NCBI RefSeq assembly: GCF_006345805.1
Contig: NC_043008.1
Span: forward strand, 77,810,001 to 77,874,000
DNA length: 64,000 nt
DNA from: Octopus sinensis
Taxonomy: Eukaryota
Reading direction: 5' to 3'
Of this stretch, positions 51,065 to 64,000 are shown piece after piece; the first letter of the stretch is position 1, and each line of letters begins with the position of its first letter. The notes below the pieces were generated by a model. The model searched no databases. It was given only the letters and a program-made list of their open reading frames with translations, and was not told the origin of the DNA. Both the position numbers and the translations under genes were made by a program.

Positions 51065-51148
51065 CGCACGCACACACACGCACACGCACATGTACACACA
51101 CACACACACACACACGCGCACACACACACACACACACACGCGCGCACA
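51065..51148. repeat. (CA)n-type microsatellite
   Basis: Direct reading. Confidence 0.95.
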
Positions 51149-53153
51149 CAGGGCTTGTTTCCACAGAATGAAAACAGGCTTCATGCTGGGATAACCGGAA
51201 AATGGTCCCTTGCCACATAGACACCCTAAAAAACGGCTGTCTGGCAAATGTCTACAAACAAATTCCTGAAGATTTTGAATGTTGTTTCAGACGAGGTCAA
51301 GAATCTGTTGCTCAAACGGAACCCATTTATAAAAGAAAAGAAACGAAGGTAGAAATAAAGAAGTAAAAACACAAAGAATAGATGAAATGAAAAGTAAAAG
51401 AAATAAAGTAAATGTTTTTAAAACTAACAGCCGGGAGGTATTTTTCATGTGCGACTAAAGTAAATAGACACAAACGCTAAGCAATATGGTTGGGTTTGCT
51501 ATAACAACAACAAACCGTCGCCAGTGCACTTTAGATTGGCGAGTACTGTGAGAGGTGTTTACTAGGAGAACCTTTATCGATAGGTTTATAATCACTGTAG
51601 CTTTTTCTATATCGGGCGATGGGAGGTGGAGTAAACAATATAGGAGAAAACGAAATACGTTAGTTGAGGTTTCATAACAAAATAAATTCTCACCGCTCTA
51701 GATGAATAGAATTTGTGTTTAAAAGGTTGTTTATGGAAGGAGTAAGTTTAGTGATAAAAGTTTTCATGCATTGACTCTAAGGGAAATGAAAATTCCAAAC
51801 ACATAAGAAACAAACACTTGTCTTTTCATGTATTCTTTCAAATACAAATGTAGATTTGGAGTTAAGGATGCTCAACCTGATATAGCCGACTTTGTAGGAT
51901 CTGATAAGTGAAAATTAATACCAACTAAAGTAGGATGAAATGTTGCAGCTAAAAACTCTTGGAAGGTATTTAAACTGAACAACTACTGAAATGAAAGTTA
52001 ATACAAATAAGATTTCACTTTTCAATTGCACGATAATTTAATTTAACAGAAAGAAACACAAATGCATTAAAGCTATTCAAGGCTTAATTTATTACAGAAT
52101 ATAATAAAAACGACGATATCTACATTCACGAAGTACTGTACATCTATTTCTGTTCAGTAATTTAAGAGATTTAAATATCTCATGAGGTGGGATTACAAAC
52201 ACCCCAGATGTATCTCTCAGTTTATCACACATGTAAAACACATGCTGACTCCAGTAACTCACTGAAGTGTGAATGTGTCGCTGTATATTTCGTATCTAAT
52301 AGTATTCAGTAGCACCTAAACTATTGCTCTACCATCCTTCATCTACATTATGTATAGAAAGCTATAAAACTCAGCAGTACCAGCTAACGAAGCTCTTAGC
52401 AAATTTACAGTTGATCCACTACTTACAGTGGCGAGTTATTTCCACCATAAGGTGTCTATAGACTGATAAAGAGATCATATTATTTGAGAGACCTGACTGA
52501 ATACAAAACACTGTATTTGGACGGTTGAACATCTGCTCATCCATGCTGTCCAGGAGTAAATTTATGAGATTAACAAAGTTTATTGTTTTTCTTTCACAAG
52601 TGACCATGAGATACAATCAATATGATGATGATGATGACAACGACGCGACGACGACGACGACGCAGATGATGATGATGATGATGGGGATTGCGTACTTTAA
52701 GTTACAATAATTGTCATATATAGAGGCGGGTAAAGAATCACAATAAACAATTCCATACTTAATATTTTTCGAGATATGCCAATATTATCTCAGAACAATA
52801 TCTCTGACTTTGGCTCAGTTTTTTTTAAGTCATCAAATACTTTTCCTCAGTAGCCTATATTGAATATGTAAGAAATCGAAGATATTTAATTATAATTATA
52901 TTATTGTAAAATTACTCTAAAGACTTTTTCGTTGAATGTTAACATATTTTTTACTGTTTCCTTTTTTTTTCTGCACATTCTATTGACATTCGTTTTATAA
53001 TTATCAAGATATTATCAGTAACTAAAGTTATTTGTCATTTTAATTTGGGCTGGACCATTTCCACACGTCCACACGTACTGTTAAGCAAGTGTCTTTACCA
53101 TAAAAATGTAAAACATTGCTTATGTGATATTTAAGTATTTTAAGTATTTTATA

Positions 53154-53570
53154 GGCGAAGTTGTGGCTGTGTAGTAAGAAATTCGCTTTCCAACTTACAT
53201 GCTTCTAGGTTCTCATTGCCTGGCACCTTAGGAAAGGGTCTTCTACTGTAACCTCGGCCTAACCAAAGATTTGTGAGTGGATTTGGTAGACGGAAACTGA
53301 AAGATGCCCGTCATATATATGCGCGCACACGAACGCACACACACGCGCGCGTGTCTGTGTGCGTCCTGCCTCACCACTTGACAACCTGTGCTGGTGTATT
53401 TACGGGTGTATTTACGTTCCTGTAACTTAGCGGCCCGGCAAAAGAAACTGATAGCATAAATACCATGCTTAAAAAGAAAATTAATTATTGGGTTGATTCG
53501 TTCGACTAAATTTTTTAAGGCTATGCTCCAGTATAACTGCAGTCTAATGTCTGAAACATGTAAAAGAAAA
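53154..53570 (+). mobile_element. tRNA-derived SINE (third family), degenerate
   Basis: Homologous to 63466-63867 (GTGGCTGTGT.GTAAG, GGATTTGGTAGACGGAAACTGAAAGA, GTAACTTAGCGG). Confidence 0.8.
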
Positions 53571-54879
53571 AATGAAAGTTAACCAGATATCATACATAAA
53601 ATAAGAACAGATGAGACAGAAAAAAATGTTACATAAAAAATGTAAACTGAGAAAATCCTTTACAGTTAGTTATATGAGTACCTTATTAAAAATTGTACTC
53701 ATATCTCATGTTTGACATTATTCTACATCTGAAAATGAGTTACTATGACTAGTTTGAAATTACTGTTGAGGTTATTATATTATTGTTCTAGTTGTTATTA
53801 TCGTAATGTTGTTTCTGCTAAACTATATTTCCCTGGCTATTGCAGAAACGCAAATTAATATCTATATAATAGTTTTCTGTCTCAAATATCACATTACACA
53901 TACGTTCTATATTTACAATTGTTAACAATCAATTACGTTCAAATTTTTGGTGGGATATCTTTGTCTCCGAATCGATGTTAGAAAGATTAAACAGCTTCTT
54001 TTTCATATTTTAAAAAGTGACTTTGGCCCAGTTTTTTTCCGCCTGAATTCCAAACACATGTCTTTGCTATGTATTTATATTGTTTTCTCATTGTCATTTG
54101 TATGAAAGAGTTTTCTGTCGTCTTTACATCAAATTGAATATAATGCCTGCATTGAATGTTTTTATGGCTGTCAACTGACACTTGATAATGTTTAATTCAT
54201 AACTCTCTATGAAAGACTTCGAGAGTGTTCATAGTGAATTCATTCAGCTTTTCTGAACGTATAGATATATTCTTAGCTTATATCTTACAGTGGAATGTTC
54301 TAAATGTAATAGATATAAGATAGTTTAACTGGAGACTTTGGAATTCTTAATTGAAGACTTGCAGCGTACATTAATATGAAAAGATCAAGAAGTAGAAAAT
54401 ACACTGAATCAAGTTGGTAATGTAGCAATGACAACAAATAAAACAGAAAATAAAATAAATATACTTTATTTTCATTATACTCAAAACTAAATGTTAAAGT
54501 AAAGAAATATTTTCATGATTGTATATAAATATATATGTGAACATAATATAAACTAACAAACGAAAAAGTCTCTAAGTGACTTTAAAAGATTCATATTGGA
54601 AAATGTACTGTCCTGGATGCACAATCTAAAATCAGACAGATGGTCATAGCTAGAATGCTTATTCATCATAGGTCTGTTCTATCATGACCGACTCAGTATT
54701 AACTAACAGATGGTGCGTGTTTTATCTATACGAGACGGATGAAGGAAAATACCGATAATGCATTTAGTCTACATTATCCAAAAATGAGGAAGAGGAAGAG
54801 TCAGACAAAACTTATACCTTAGCGTCAACCTGGGTGACCGTGTTCGATGCGGTCAAATGAAGGGGCAAACTCAAAGGCA

Positions 54880-56060
54880 GTACTACAGAAGAGTAAGGCT
54901 AGTCCTGAAAACTGAATTGAGTTTCAAGAATAGCAAGGAGGCCATTAACACCCTAGCACCCTAGCAGTGCCTGTTGTGCCAGATGGTTTCAGTGTAATCC
55001 GCAGGAATTTAGCTGATTTACAAAGAAGGGACACGAAGACCAGGGAACTCCAGACCGACAATAAAGTGCATTATTCAAAGGCACTATTCAAATATACCGT
55101 TTCTATCTGCTAATAAAAAAAAGGTGGAAGAGGACCGATTCAATTAGAATTTTCATAAAAATGACCACAATTGGTCTACAAGACTATTGATAATATTAGT
55201 GAAATAAATGAATCTCAGAAGAAGCTACGTTCCATAAACAAAGAAGCTGGGAAATATAGAAATCGCTAATGAAGCTGCCAAAATGCATAGGATGAAAACA
55301 AAAGCAGAACTTGAAACCTTGAAAGCATATGGCAACAGAAACCTCTCCATAGCCAATAACCACTCCACACCCAGAAAGCTAATGTAGGCTAATCAATGGT
55401 TTTGAAGTTCAAGGAATTCATTCTTACTGCGCAGGATGAGAGTCTATTACAAAAAGAAAAATATCAGGCTAATGTCCTCAAAAACGAAACAGATTCCTAG
55501 TGCAGAGTGTGTGATACCCATGACGAATCAATTGATTATATAGTGTGTGAATGTACACCACTGGCACCAATTGTATATAAAGCTAGACACAACGAAGTTG
55601 ACCAGTGCATTCAACGGAACTTGCAAAAACCGCCGCGTTGTTGAATATGCGAAAAACCGGTATGAACACCAAACTAAACTAGAAGTTGAAAGTAACGGCA
55701 TTACTATCCTTTGGGACTTTACATTATATAATGACTATAGAATGAATGCCAACTGATACTAATGTTAAAGACACCAAAAAACAACACCTAACTAGATATG
55801 TTATTAATAGCTGGCAAAAAAGGTACCTACCAAAGAAAATAATCTCGCCAAATACAAAGACTTCGAAATAGAAATAAGGAGGATGCATCAACTGGGGACG
55901 GAAACAGTTGCGATTGAAGCAATAGGCATCATGAAAAAAGCACTTTGTGACATCCTTGAAAAGATTTCAGGAAAACCTAACATATACGAAATCTAAAATT
56001 GGTACGGCTCACAATGTACGTAAGTTCTTGTCCTTGTGATTTATATTCTCGACATCGTTT
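54880..56060 (+). mobile_element. Highly degenerate R4-clade LINE 3' half
   Basis: LVLKTELSFKN..AINTLAVPV, KGGRGPIQLE, FILTAQD.S, CRVC...ESID, ILWDF and KYKD.EIEI. Confidence 0.75.
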
Positions 56061-56258
56061 GGGTTTTATTTTTTTACGCATTTCATTTTTGCTTCCTTTG
56101 CTTTTTATCACCGAACAGGGTCGGAAGCAGTGTTGAACAATGATATAACTTTATAATGCTTGTCCTGAGTGACCAATAGTCGCTCATGCATTTGTTACCT
56201 AGATATCAAAGGAAATAACAACAACAATAATATTGATAATAATAATAACAACAACAGC

Positions 56259-56323
<65 letters not shown>

Positions 56324-56327
56324 TAAT

Positions 56328-57833
56328 AAACATAAGACACTCTATGAATAAATGGCAGACAGTGCTACAGCTCCAAACACCTCTATCGGATATACTAAAT
56401 AGAATTGGATGCAGATATAAATGCTACGGCAAAACAATCAGCCACCTTTTATATATGGATGACCTAAAATTATACGCTACAAATGACAAACAGCTGGAAA
56501 CACTACTACATACTGTATATAGATTTACCAAAGAAATAGATATGAAATTTGGATTAGAAAACTGCGCCAAAGCAACCCTGAAAAGAGGAAAAGTAGTTAA
56601 GAGTAGCAACATCACGCTAGATAAAGCCAATGAAATAAGAGAATTAGACCAAAGTCAAACTTACAAATATTTAAGAATCCATGAACTAGATATGATACAA
56701 CACACACAAAAGAAAGAGAAAATAAAGAAAGAATACTATAGACGAGTTAGATCAATAATAAAAGCAGAGCTCAATGCTAAAAACAAGATAATAGGCATTG
56801 ACACTTTAGCCGTCCCAGTTATTAGTTACAGCTACAATATCCTCAATGAACTAAATGAACTAACCAAAATAGACAGGATAACAAGAAAAATAATGACAGG
56901 ATCTAGGATGCACCACCCGAAATCTACCATAGAAAGGCTATATATACAACGTAAAGAAGGTGGTAGAGGCCTTATACAGCTGGAAAACTATTATAAAATA
57001 ACCACCATAGGACTGCAAAAATATCTACTTCAGAAGCAAGGAAATAGACAGAGAAAAATTCCAGCAATGGTTGAGAAGCTCAGGACTCAAAGCAGAGACG
57101 GAGCGATTTTAAATTGCAGCACAAGACCAAAGCCTCCCCACCAGAAATTACTAAAAATATATAATGAAAAGAAACATAACAAGTAACTGGAGAATAGGTG
57201 GAGATGGACAAGAAACAATAAATCATATAATCTCTGGCTGCCCAGTCCTGGCTAAGAAGGAATATATTCACAGACACGGCAGAGTTGGGACCTACATACA
57301 CTGGAAGCTATGTCAAGACTATGGAATAACAATAGAAAAAAGAAGGTATAGGCACACACCAGAAAAGGTCACAGAAAACGAAAAAACAACCATACTCTGG
57401 GATATGTCAATACACAGATATAGAGAAATTAAGGCCAATAGGCCAGATATAGTTGTCAGAGATCATGAAGAAAAAAATGCTTTCTAATTGATGTATAAAC
57501 ACCAGCAGATGACATCGTTTCTCTAAAAAAAAATGGAGAAACTTTCAAAATACAAAGACCAGGAAATAGAGGTAACCAGAATGTGGAATCTAAAAACAGA
57601 AACAATTCCTATCGTAGTAGGCGCATTAGGTATGATGAACAAATATTCAGACAAATACATAACAAAAACACCAGGGCTTACAAATATATACAACCTACAG
57701 AAAATTTGACTACTACGCAGAACACTATCAATGCTGTAATCATAAGAGCTTCACAACAAACCACAGCACATACCCAAGGCACACAGTGCTGCGTTCGGTA
57801 GTGAAGTGAAAGCACGATATAAAAATATAACTA

Positions 57834-57836
<3 letters not shown>
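56328..57836 (+). mobile_element. R4/Dong family B, 5'-truncated, with ~350-bp internal deletion
   Basis: Closely matches 35503-37339 but lacks ~36176-36530; AAT tracts on both sides. Confidence 0.93.
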
Positions 57837-57909
<73 letters not shown>

Positions 57910-58503
57910 GGGAACACAAACCACCTCCAGTGCTTGAAAATGACCACATCTCATCCTCTGGAACTTCCCCATTCAAACTGACAGAAAGGTAGATGCAAAT
58001 AGGCCAGTCATCATACTGAAAGACTTCAAACAAAGAACATGCCTCCTCATTGATATGACTGTCCCAATCGATATAAATGTATCTGTCAAGACCTACCAAA
58101 AACTGAGCAAATATAAAGATCTTGAAATACAAATCAGCAAAATGTGGAACCTGAAGACTAAAAAATACCTGTTGTCATAGGTGCTCTGGGAATGATAGCA
58201 AAAAGGGCTGACCACTACCTAACTCAGATACCAGGAAACCCCCAAATTTCAGAAATTCAAAAGATAGTACTCATGGGAACTGCTCATATCCTACGCAAAA
58301 TACTTTCTATGTAATCTCAAGTTTTAAAGCAAACATAATTTTCGTTTTTTTTAGACATTCACTAGTACAACACTAAATACAAAACCAAATATATGGCACA
58401 CTAGGCATAACAACAACACGAACTTCCAACCTGTTGTCTCTTAAACTCTCTGGGTGAGACTTGGAGTCAACTTGTACAAATATAAAGCAAAAGTCAAACA
58501 TAG
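57910..58503 (+). mobile_element. R4/Dong family A, 5'-truncated, in AAT tract
   Basis: HKPPPVLEND..NRPVIILKD..DMTVPIDINVSVKTYQK, then the 3'UTR as at 35064. Confidence 0.92.
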
Positions 58504-58522
58504 AATAATAATAATGATGATG

Positions 58523-58559
<37 letters not shown>

Positions 58560-58792
58560 TAATAATAATAATAATAATGATAATAATAATAATAATAATA
58601 ATAATATAATAATAATAATAATAAGACCGCAGCTAATAGCAAACAGCACGGGCATGTGGAAGCAATGTGGCGGGAAGATAGATAATAACTGAAAACATCA
58701 CGAAGCAGGAATTAAGAATCTGCAAAAACAGTGAAAGAAAACTCTTGTAATGTAAACCATTTCGGGAAACCGAAAGATTTTCTTATATGTTG

Positions 58793-58824
<32 letters not shown>

Positions 58825-58859
58825 AGGTATGGTAGATAAGTTTAGTAGAATTCCGATGA

Positions 58860-58961
<102 letters not shown>

Positions 58962-59513
58962 GAGTGAGAGAGCAGTTCATGCCATCAAAGTGACACTGGG
59001 GTAAAATATACGAAGCCCAATATACCCATCATGACTACCCGTCTGATAAAGGTACACCAGGCACATGCATCACAACCATATGTGCGCGACATGGTGATCT
59101 CATATCAAGATAAACAGCACATGACCTTGCAGGTGGGGCCCAGTTAGAATTTTCTTCAGGTTGAGTAGCCCATCCCGCTCAAACGGTCCCTGAATTAGGG
59201 TTGCTTAAGGATGTTGAAAGAACCACCCATGTTTCCAGAGGTGAACTATTCAAACCCCAAAGAATCCCTCTCAACACATGGCTATGATGCTCCCCACTAC
59301 TTCTGCTCGTGATCAGAGATGCACATATCGTCAGCCACTAAGGGACATGCTCAACTGGTTAAGGTCAAACAGCTGACAAGCAAATCTGTGGTATTGAGCA
59401 GAATATTTGCTGTAGCCCATCTTTTATACCAAGACAAAACAATGTACATGATAACACTTCCAATCAGTTAAGATCAGAAGCCATGAGAGCCACTGCCTGG
59501 TACTGCATCAGGG

Positions 59514-59514
<1 letters not shown>
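58962..59514 (-). mobile_element. ~550-bp repeat, full length
   Basis: Same termini, between ATT tracts. Confidence 0.9.
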
Positions 59515-59584
<70 letters not shown>

Positions 59585-59995
59585 CGATGAATATGATATG
59601 TAAGTTAAAGGCACCAGAATTTAGTATCGTATTATCCATATAATTCAAAATGGGGTGATTATAATCAAAATAAGCTACAAGGATATCCAGAGGTAATGCA
59701 GTATGATCGTTTCATGCGATTTAATTGAACAATGAAAACATTACATCAATTTAAAAAGTACTGCAATCTTCAGCTGCATAAAAATATACTTTTCAACTGT
59801 GCAATATCTACGAATATATATGGTAAATTTATGTCAATTTTAGAAATAAACTTCCCTACTTCCCATAAATATAACGAAATATTTTAGCGTAAGACATACT
59901 CCACTCTACCAAATATAAGTACCATCAGAGCTAGATTAAATAGAAATAATATTAGACTAGCCAGAAATGTTGAAAGTAACAACGACAACAACAAC

Positions 59996-60032
<37 letters not shown>

Positions 60033-60066
60033 TTAATCAATAATATCAATAACATTAATAATAAGA

Positions 60067-60390
60067 ATGATACTTACAATAATAATAACAATGAATAAAA
60101 ATAATAATATTATTCCTACTAATCAAGACTTCAACACCTATAATGAAAATAATAATATTGAAAATGATAGGGCGTATGATATAAATGATATTAGGATCGA
60201 TAATAGTGGTGTTATGGAATACAGTTCCGGTACATATGCGCACATAGAAACTATTTTTATACCTGATGGTGATGAGACAAATTTATATAAGATGGTAGAG
60301 AAAGAATTAGAAACTAATAGTCAAAACCATAACTTACCTGATAACGTAATTATATATAACGATGATACTATTAATGTTAATAATAGTTTA

Positions 60391-60467
<77 letters not shown>

Positions 60468-60690
60468 TAATAATAATAATAATAACAACTTGTTTCTAAA
60501 TAATACTAATATCAATAATTATTCTCCTAGTTGTAATTGTACACCCGGGTCCCAATGTCCGGTATTTGGTCAATGTCTAGCCCAAAACGTAGTATACAAA
60601 TGTACAGTAATGACTTCAACTAATAATTTTATTTAATTCGGTTGTTCTGTAAATCTGAAGAAACGTATATATAATCACCTGTCAGTAACA
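60067..60690 (+). pseudogene. Asn-rich ORF ending in a Penelope-type GIY-YIG endonuclease remnant
   Basis: CNC...CPVFGQCLAQNVVYKCTV....FI*FGCS.NLKKRIYNH resembles the PLE motif CNCx5CPxxGxC..xVY...YIGxT..xKxRxxxH. Confidence 0.65.
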
Positions 60691-60759
60691 TTTTAATCAC
60701 ACATGCCTCCATCCATAACTAAACAGATGCTCTACGTATTATATATGCACATTGTTGTT

Positions 60760-61612
60760 CCTTCTTGGTCTCTCGCTTATACATGAATAATAATCATTTA
60801 TAATATGTGCTGCCTAAGAGCAAGCATTATGAACCAAATACATCAAATACAGAATAGACAACACACCAGAAAGTCATAAGTGCAGAATTTCTGGACAAAA
60901 TGGTGAAACCGTATGGTATATGCAAGTCAATGTATGCCACTAGCTAAGAAAGAATATGAGAGAGTCATGGCAAAGTAACATGGCAAAGTCATGGCAAAGT
61001 AACTGGACAAAATGCAACAAGCATGGACTTGACAGAGCAAAAAAGTGGTATGGAACATAATCCCAAAGTTATTATCAAAAATGATAATGCAAAGATCCGA
61101 AGAGAGTTTATCATTCAGTGCGATCATGAAATAGAGAATAGTAAAGCAGGCATAGTGGTAGTTGCAAAAGACGATGCATGTGCCTGGTATGTTCTTATTA
61201 GGCATGTAGTTATGATAGGTATATTGGACTTCGTATGTTTGTACTCCAATGTCACTATGCAAGAAAGCAAACAATGCTGGATCATAGACATAACATGCCC
61301 AGCTGACAATAAAGTATACGATAAGGAAGAAAGAAAAGTCGATAGATATGACAGGGTAGCTTGGGAGGTTAAGCAGTTGTGTTCGTTGAAAAGATGATAG
61401 TAGTACCAAAATTGCTGGAACCCTATAATAAATGAGAAGTGCATACAAAAATAGGGGCTGCAATAAGGGTGGGGCACTTGCAGAAAACAGCACTGCTTGG
61501 AACCGCTCAAATACTCCGATGGTGCTCGAAAAATAAGGGGTGTGATCTTAGTTCACTGGTAGTGAACAGCTGACACCGTAGTACATCTCCAGCGTTAGAA
61601 GCTGTACAAATA
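60760..61612 (+). mobile_element. Degenerate R4-clade LINE 3' end (RLE domain)
   Basis: KCRI..ETV..C.PLAKKEY, WYEHNPK..END, IIDITCPAD..KEERKVDRY and QKTALLGTAQILR. Confidence 0.8.
61173..61259 (+). mobile_element. ~87-bp piece of the ~550-bp repeat embedded in the R4 RLE domain
   Basis: GATGCATGTGCCTGGT...GTAGTTATGATAGGTATATTGGACTTCGTAT...GTCACT matches the sub-terminal 3' part of the repeat. Confidence 0.75.
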
Positions 61613-61699
61613 CAAGAAGAAGAAGAAGAAGAAGAAGAAGAAGAAGAAGAAGAAGAAGAAGAAGAAGAATAAGAAGAAGAAGAAGAACAACAACAACAA

Positions 61700-63420
61700 G
61701 AAAAGGTATGGGCTAAAGCTGCCCGTGTAGCAAGTTATGAAAAACGCGTTAGATTCGTCAAGGACAACAACATGTTCAACAATAATCAAAGAAATTTCTA
61801 CAGGAAGATAGGGAAAATATCAGTTACAGTAAAGTCTATCCCATCAAAAGAAGTGCAAGAATTTTGGAATAAAATCTGGGCAGAAGCAAACACACACAAT
61901 GAAAAGGCCCCTTAGATTGATAGAATATCTACAGCCTTAGACTTCTTAGAGGAGCAAAAGTGGGAGGGTTTCAAGGTAGAGGATGTAAGATCTACTCTCA
62001 GGAAGTCAAGCAAATAGAAGTCTCCAGGAAAGGATAAAGTTCCTAACTTCTGGTTGAATACCTTTCTAGAAAGCCATGAACTCCTAACAAAACTTTATAA
62101 GAATATTTTGCAACAACCTAGTAGGATTTCCTCTTAGCTAGTTAATGGTGTTACATTCCTACTTCCAATAAATGAAGAAACAAATGAACCAAAAAATTAT
62201 GGACCCATAACCTGTTTAACAGCAAAGTATCAAATACTAACGTCTGTCTTGACTGAATATACCTATAGTTTTTAATAGAAAGTGGCATATTCCCTAATGA
62301 ACAAAAAGGATGTAAACGTGGGTCCTATGGTTGTAAAGATCAGCTATTCATTAAAAAGATGATCTTAGAAGATTGTCACAAACGACACAAAAACTTGTCG
62401 ATGGTCTACCACATAGCTGGATTAAGAAATAGCATCTACTCTGCGAAATGTCTTGTCTGTAAATCATGGGGAAACCACACTGACTTTGAACAGTGACAAT
62501 GAATCTCTTAACGCTGGACATGTAAGAATGTCATGTGGCATTTCCCAGGGTGAATCACTATCACCACTCCTCTTTTGTCTAGCCTTATTAACTCTCTCGA
62601 AACTGCTCAATGACGTACAATACAGTTGTAAAATAATATCCTTTACATGGTTGATTTAAATCTCTTTGCGAACAATGACCAGCAGCTACAGGGCTTACTA
62701 GCGATTGTTTAGCAATACAGTGATGACATCAGGATGCAGTGTAGCATCGGTAAATGTGCAGAAGGAAAAATGATAGAAACATCCAATGTTAATCTTGACC
62801 AGCAGAGTATCTCAGCAGGCATGATAGAACAGCACAGTATATTCACTGGGTAATTTGCAAAAACCTGGACCTGCCCCATGATAAAAATTGGTGGGAACAT
62901 AATCCACCTCCAGTGCTTGAAAATGACCACATCTCATTTCTCTGGAACTTCACCATTGAAAGTGGCAGAAAGATAGATGCCAGTCACTATATTGAAAGAC
63001 TTCAGACAAAGATCATGCCTGCCCATTGATATGACTGTCCCAATCAATATAAATGTATCTGTCAAGACCTACCAAAACCTGAGCAAATATAAAGATCTGG
63101 AAATAGAAATCAGCAAAATGTGGAACCTGAAGACTAAAAAATACCTGTTGTCATAGGTGCCCTGGGAATGATAGCAAAAGGGGCTGACCACTACCTAACT
63201 CAGATACCAGGAAACCCCCAAATTTCAGAAATTCAAAAGATAGTACTCATGGGAACTGCTCATATCCTACGCAAAATACTTTCTATGTAATCTCAAGTTT
63301 TAAAGCAAACATAATTTTCGTTTTTTTTTTAGACATTCACTAGTACAACACTAAATACAAAACCAAATATATGGCACACTAGGCATAACAACAACACGAA
63401 CTTCCAACCTGTTGTCTCTT
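61700..63420 (+). mobile_element. R4/Dong LINE with several internal deletions (RT region joined to family A RLE/3'UTR)
   Basis: [46 protein letters not shown], then a jump to HDR..QYIHW at ~62800. Confidence 0.88.
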
Positions 63421-64000
63421 GAACTCCAAAATTTCAGAAATTCAAAAGATTGTGCTCATGGAAACTCTTTTATTCCTTTACTTGTTTCAGTCATTTGACT
63501 GCGGCCATGCTGGAGCACTGCCTTTAATCGAGCAACTCGACCCCGGGACTTATTCTTTTGTAAGCCCAGTACGTTTTCTATCGGTCTCTTTTGCCGAACC
63601 GCTAAGTAACGGGGACATAAACACACCAGCATCAGTTGTCAAGCAATGCTAGGGGACAAACACAGACACACAAACACACACACGCATATATATATACATA
63701 TATACGACGGGCTTCTTTCAGTTTCCATCTACCAAATCCATTCACAAGGCTTTGGTCAGCCCGAGGCTATAGTAGAAAACACTTGTCCAAGGTGCCACGC
63801 AGTGGGAATGAACCCGGAACCATGTGGTTGGTAGACAAGCTACTTACCACACAGCCACTTCTGCGCCTATATCCTACACAAAATACTGCTCATATCCTAC
63901 GCAAAATACTTTCTTTGTAATCTCAAGTTTTAAAACAAACATAATTTTCGTATGGTTTGTTAGGCATTCACTAGTACAACACTAAGTACAAAACCAAATA
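63421..64000 (+). repeat. Tandem re-duplication of the R4-A 3' ~200 bp (interrupted by SINE; runs off the window)
   Basis: AAATTTCAGAAATTCAAAAGAT...CTGCTCATATCCTACGCAAAATAC...CAAAACCAAATA repeats 63220-63370. Confidence 0.85.
63466..63867 (-). mobile_element. tRNA-derived SINE (third family), well preserved, inside a duplicated R4-A 3' end
   Basis: Head GGCGCAGAAGTGGCTGTGTGGTAAG, B-box-like GGGTTCATTCCC, internal (TA)/(TG) tract. Confidence 0.88.

Overview
Repeat-saturated, AT-rich eukaryotic genomic DNA with no host gene that I can support. The SINE types and the density of (AAT)n tracts suggest a coleoid cephalopod such as Octopus (inference). The centre holds two apparently full-length, head-to-tail Tx1-like (L1-clade) non-LTR retrotransposons on the minus strand (22220-28018 and 28034-33905), inserted in (ATT)n. 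Their ORF2s are near-identical but their 5'UTR/ORF1 regions are clearly diverged. The rest consists of many truncated or internally deleted R4/Dong-clade LINEs, further Tx1 remnants, two mariner transposons, Helitron and Penelope-like remnants, MITE-like foldback elements, tRNA-derived SINEs, long near-perfect hairpins, and nine copies or fragments of an unclassified ~550-bp retroposon-like repeat. The most interesting signal is an apparent retroelement system built on the (AAT/ATT)n microsatellite. R4/Dong LINEs and the 550-bp element use the AAT strand, while Tx1 LINEs and a tRNA-SINE use the ATT strand. A Tx1-type 3' terminus is shared by the LINEs, a SINE subtype that appears to insert into the head of its own family at one junction, and an ORF1-only (HAL1-like) derivative. 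All alignments and counts were done by eye.
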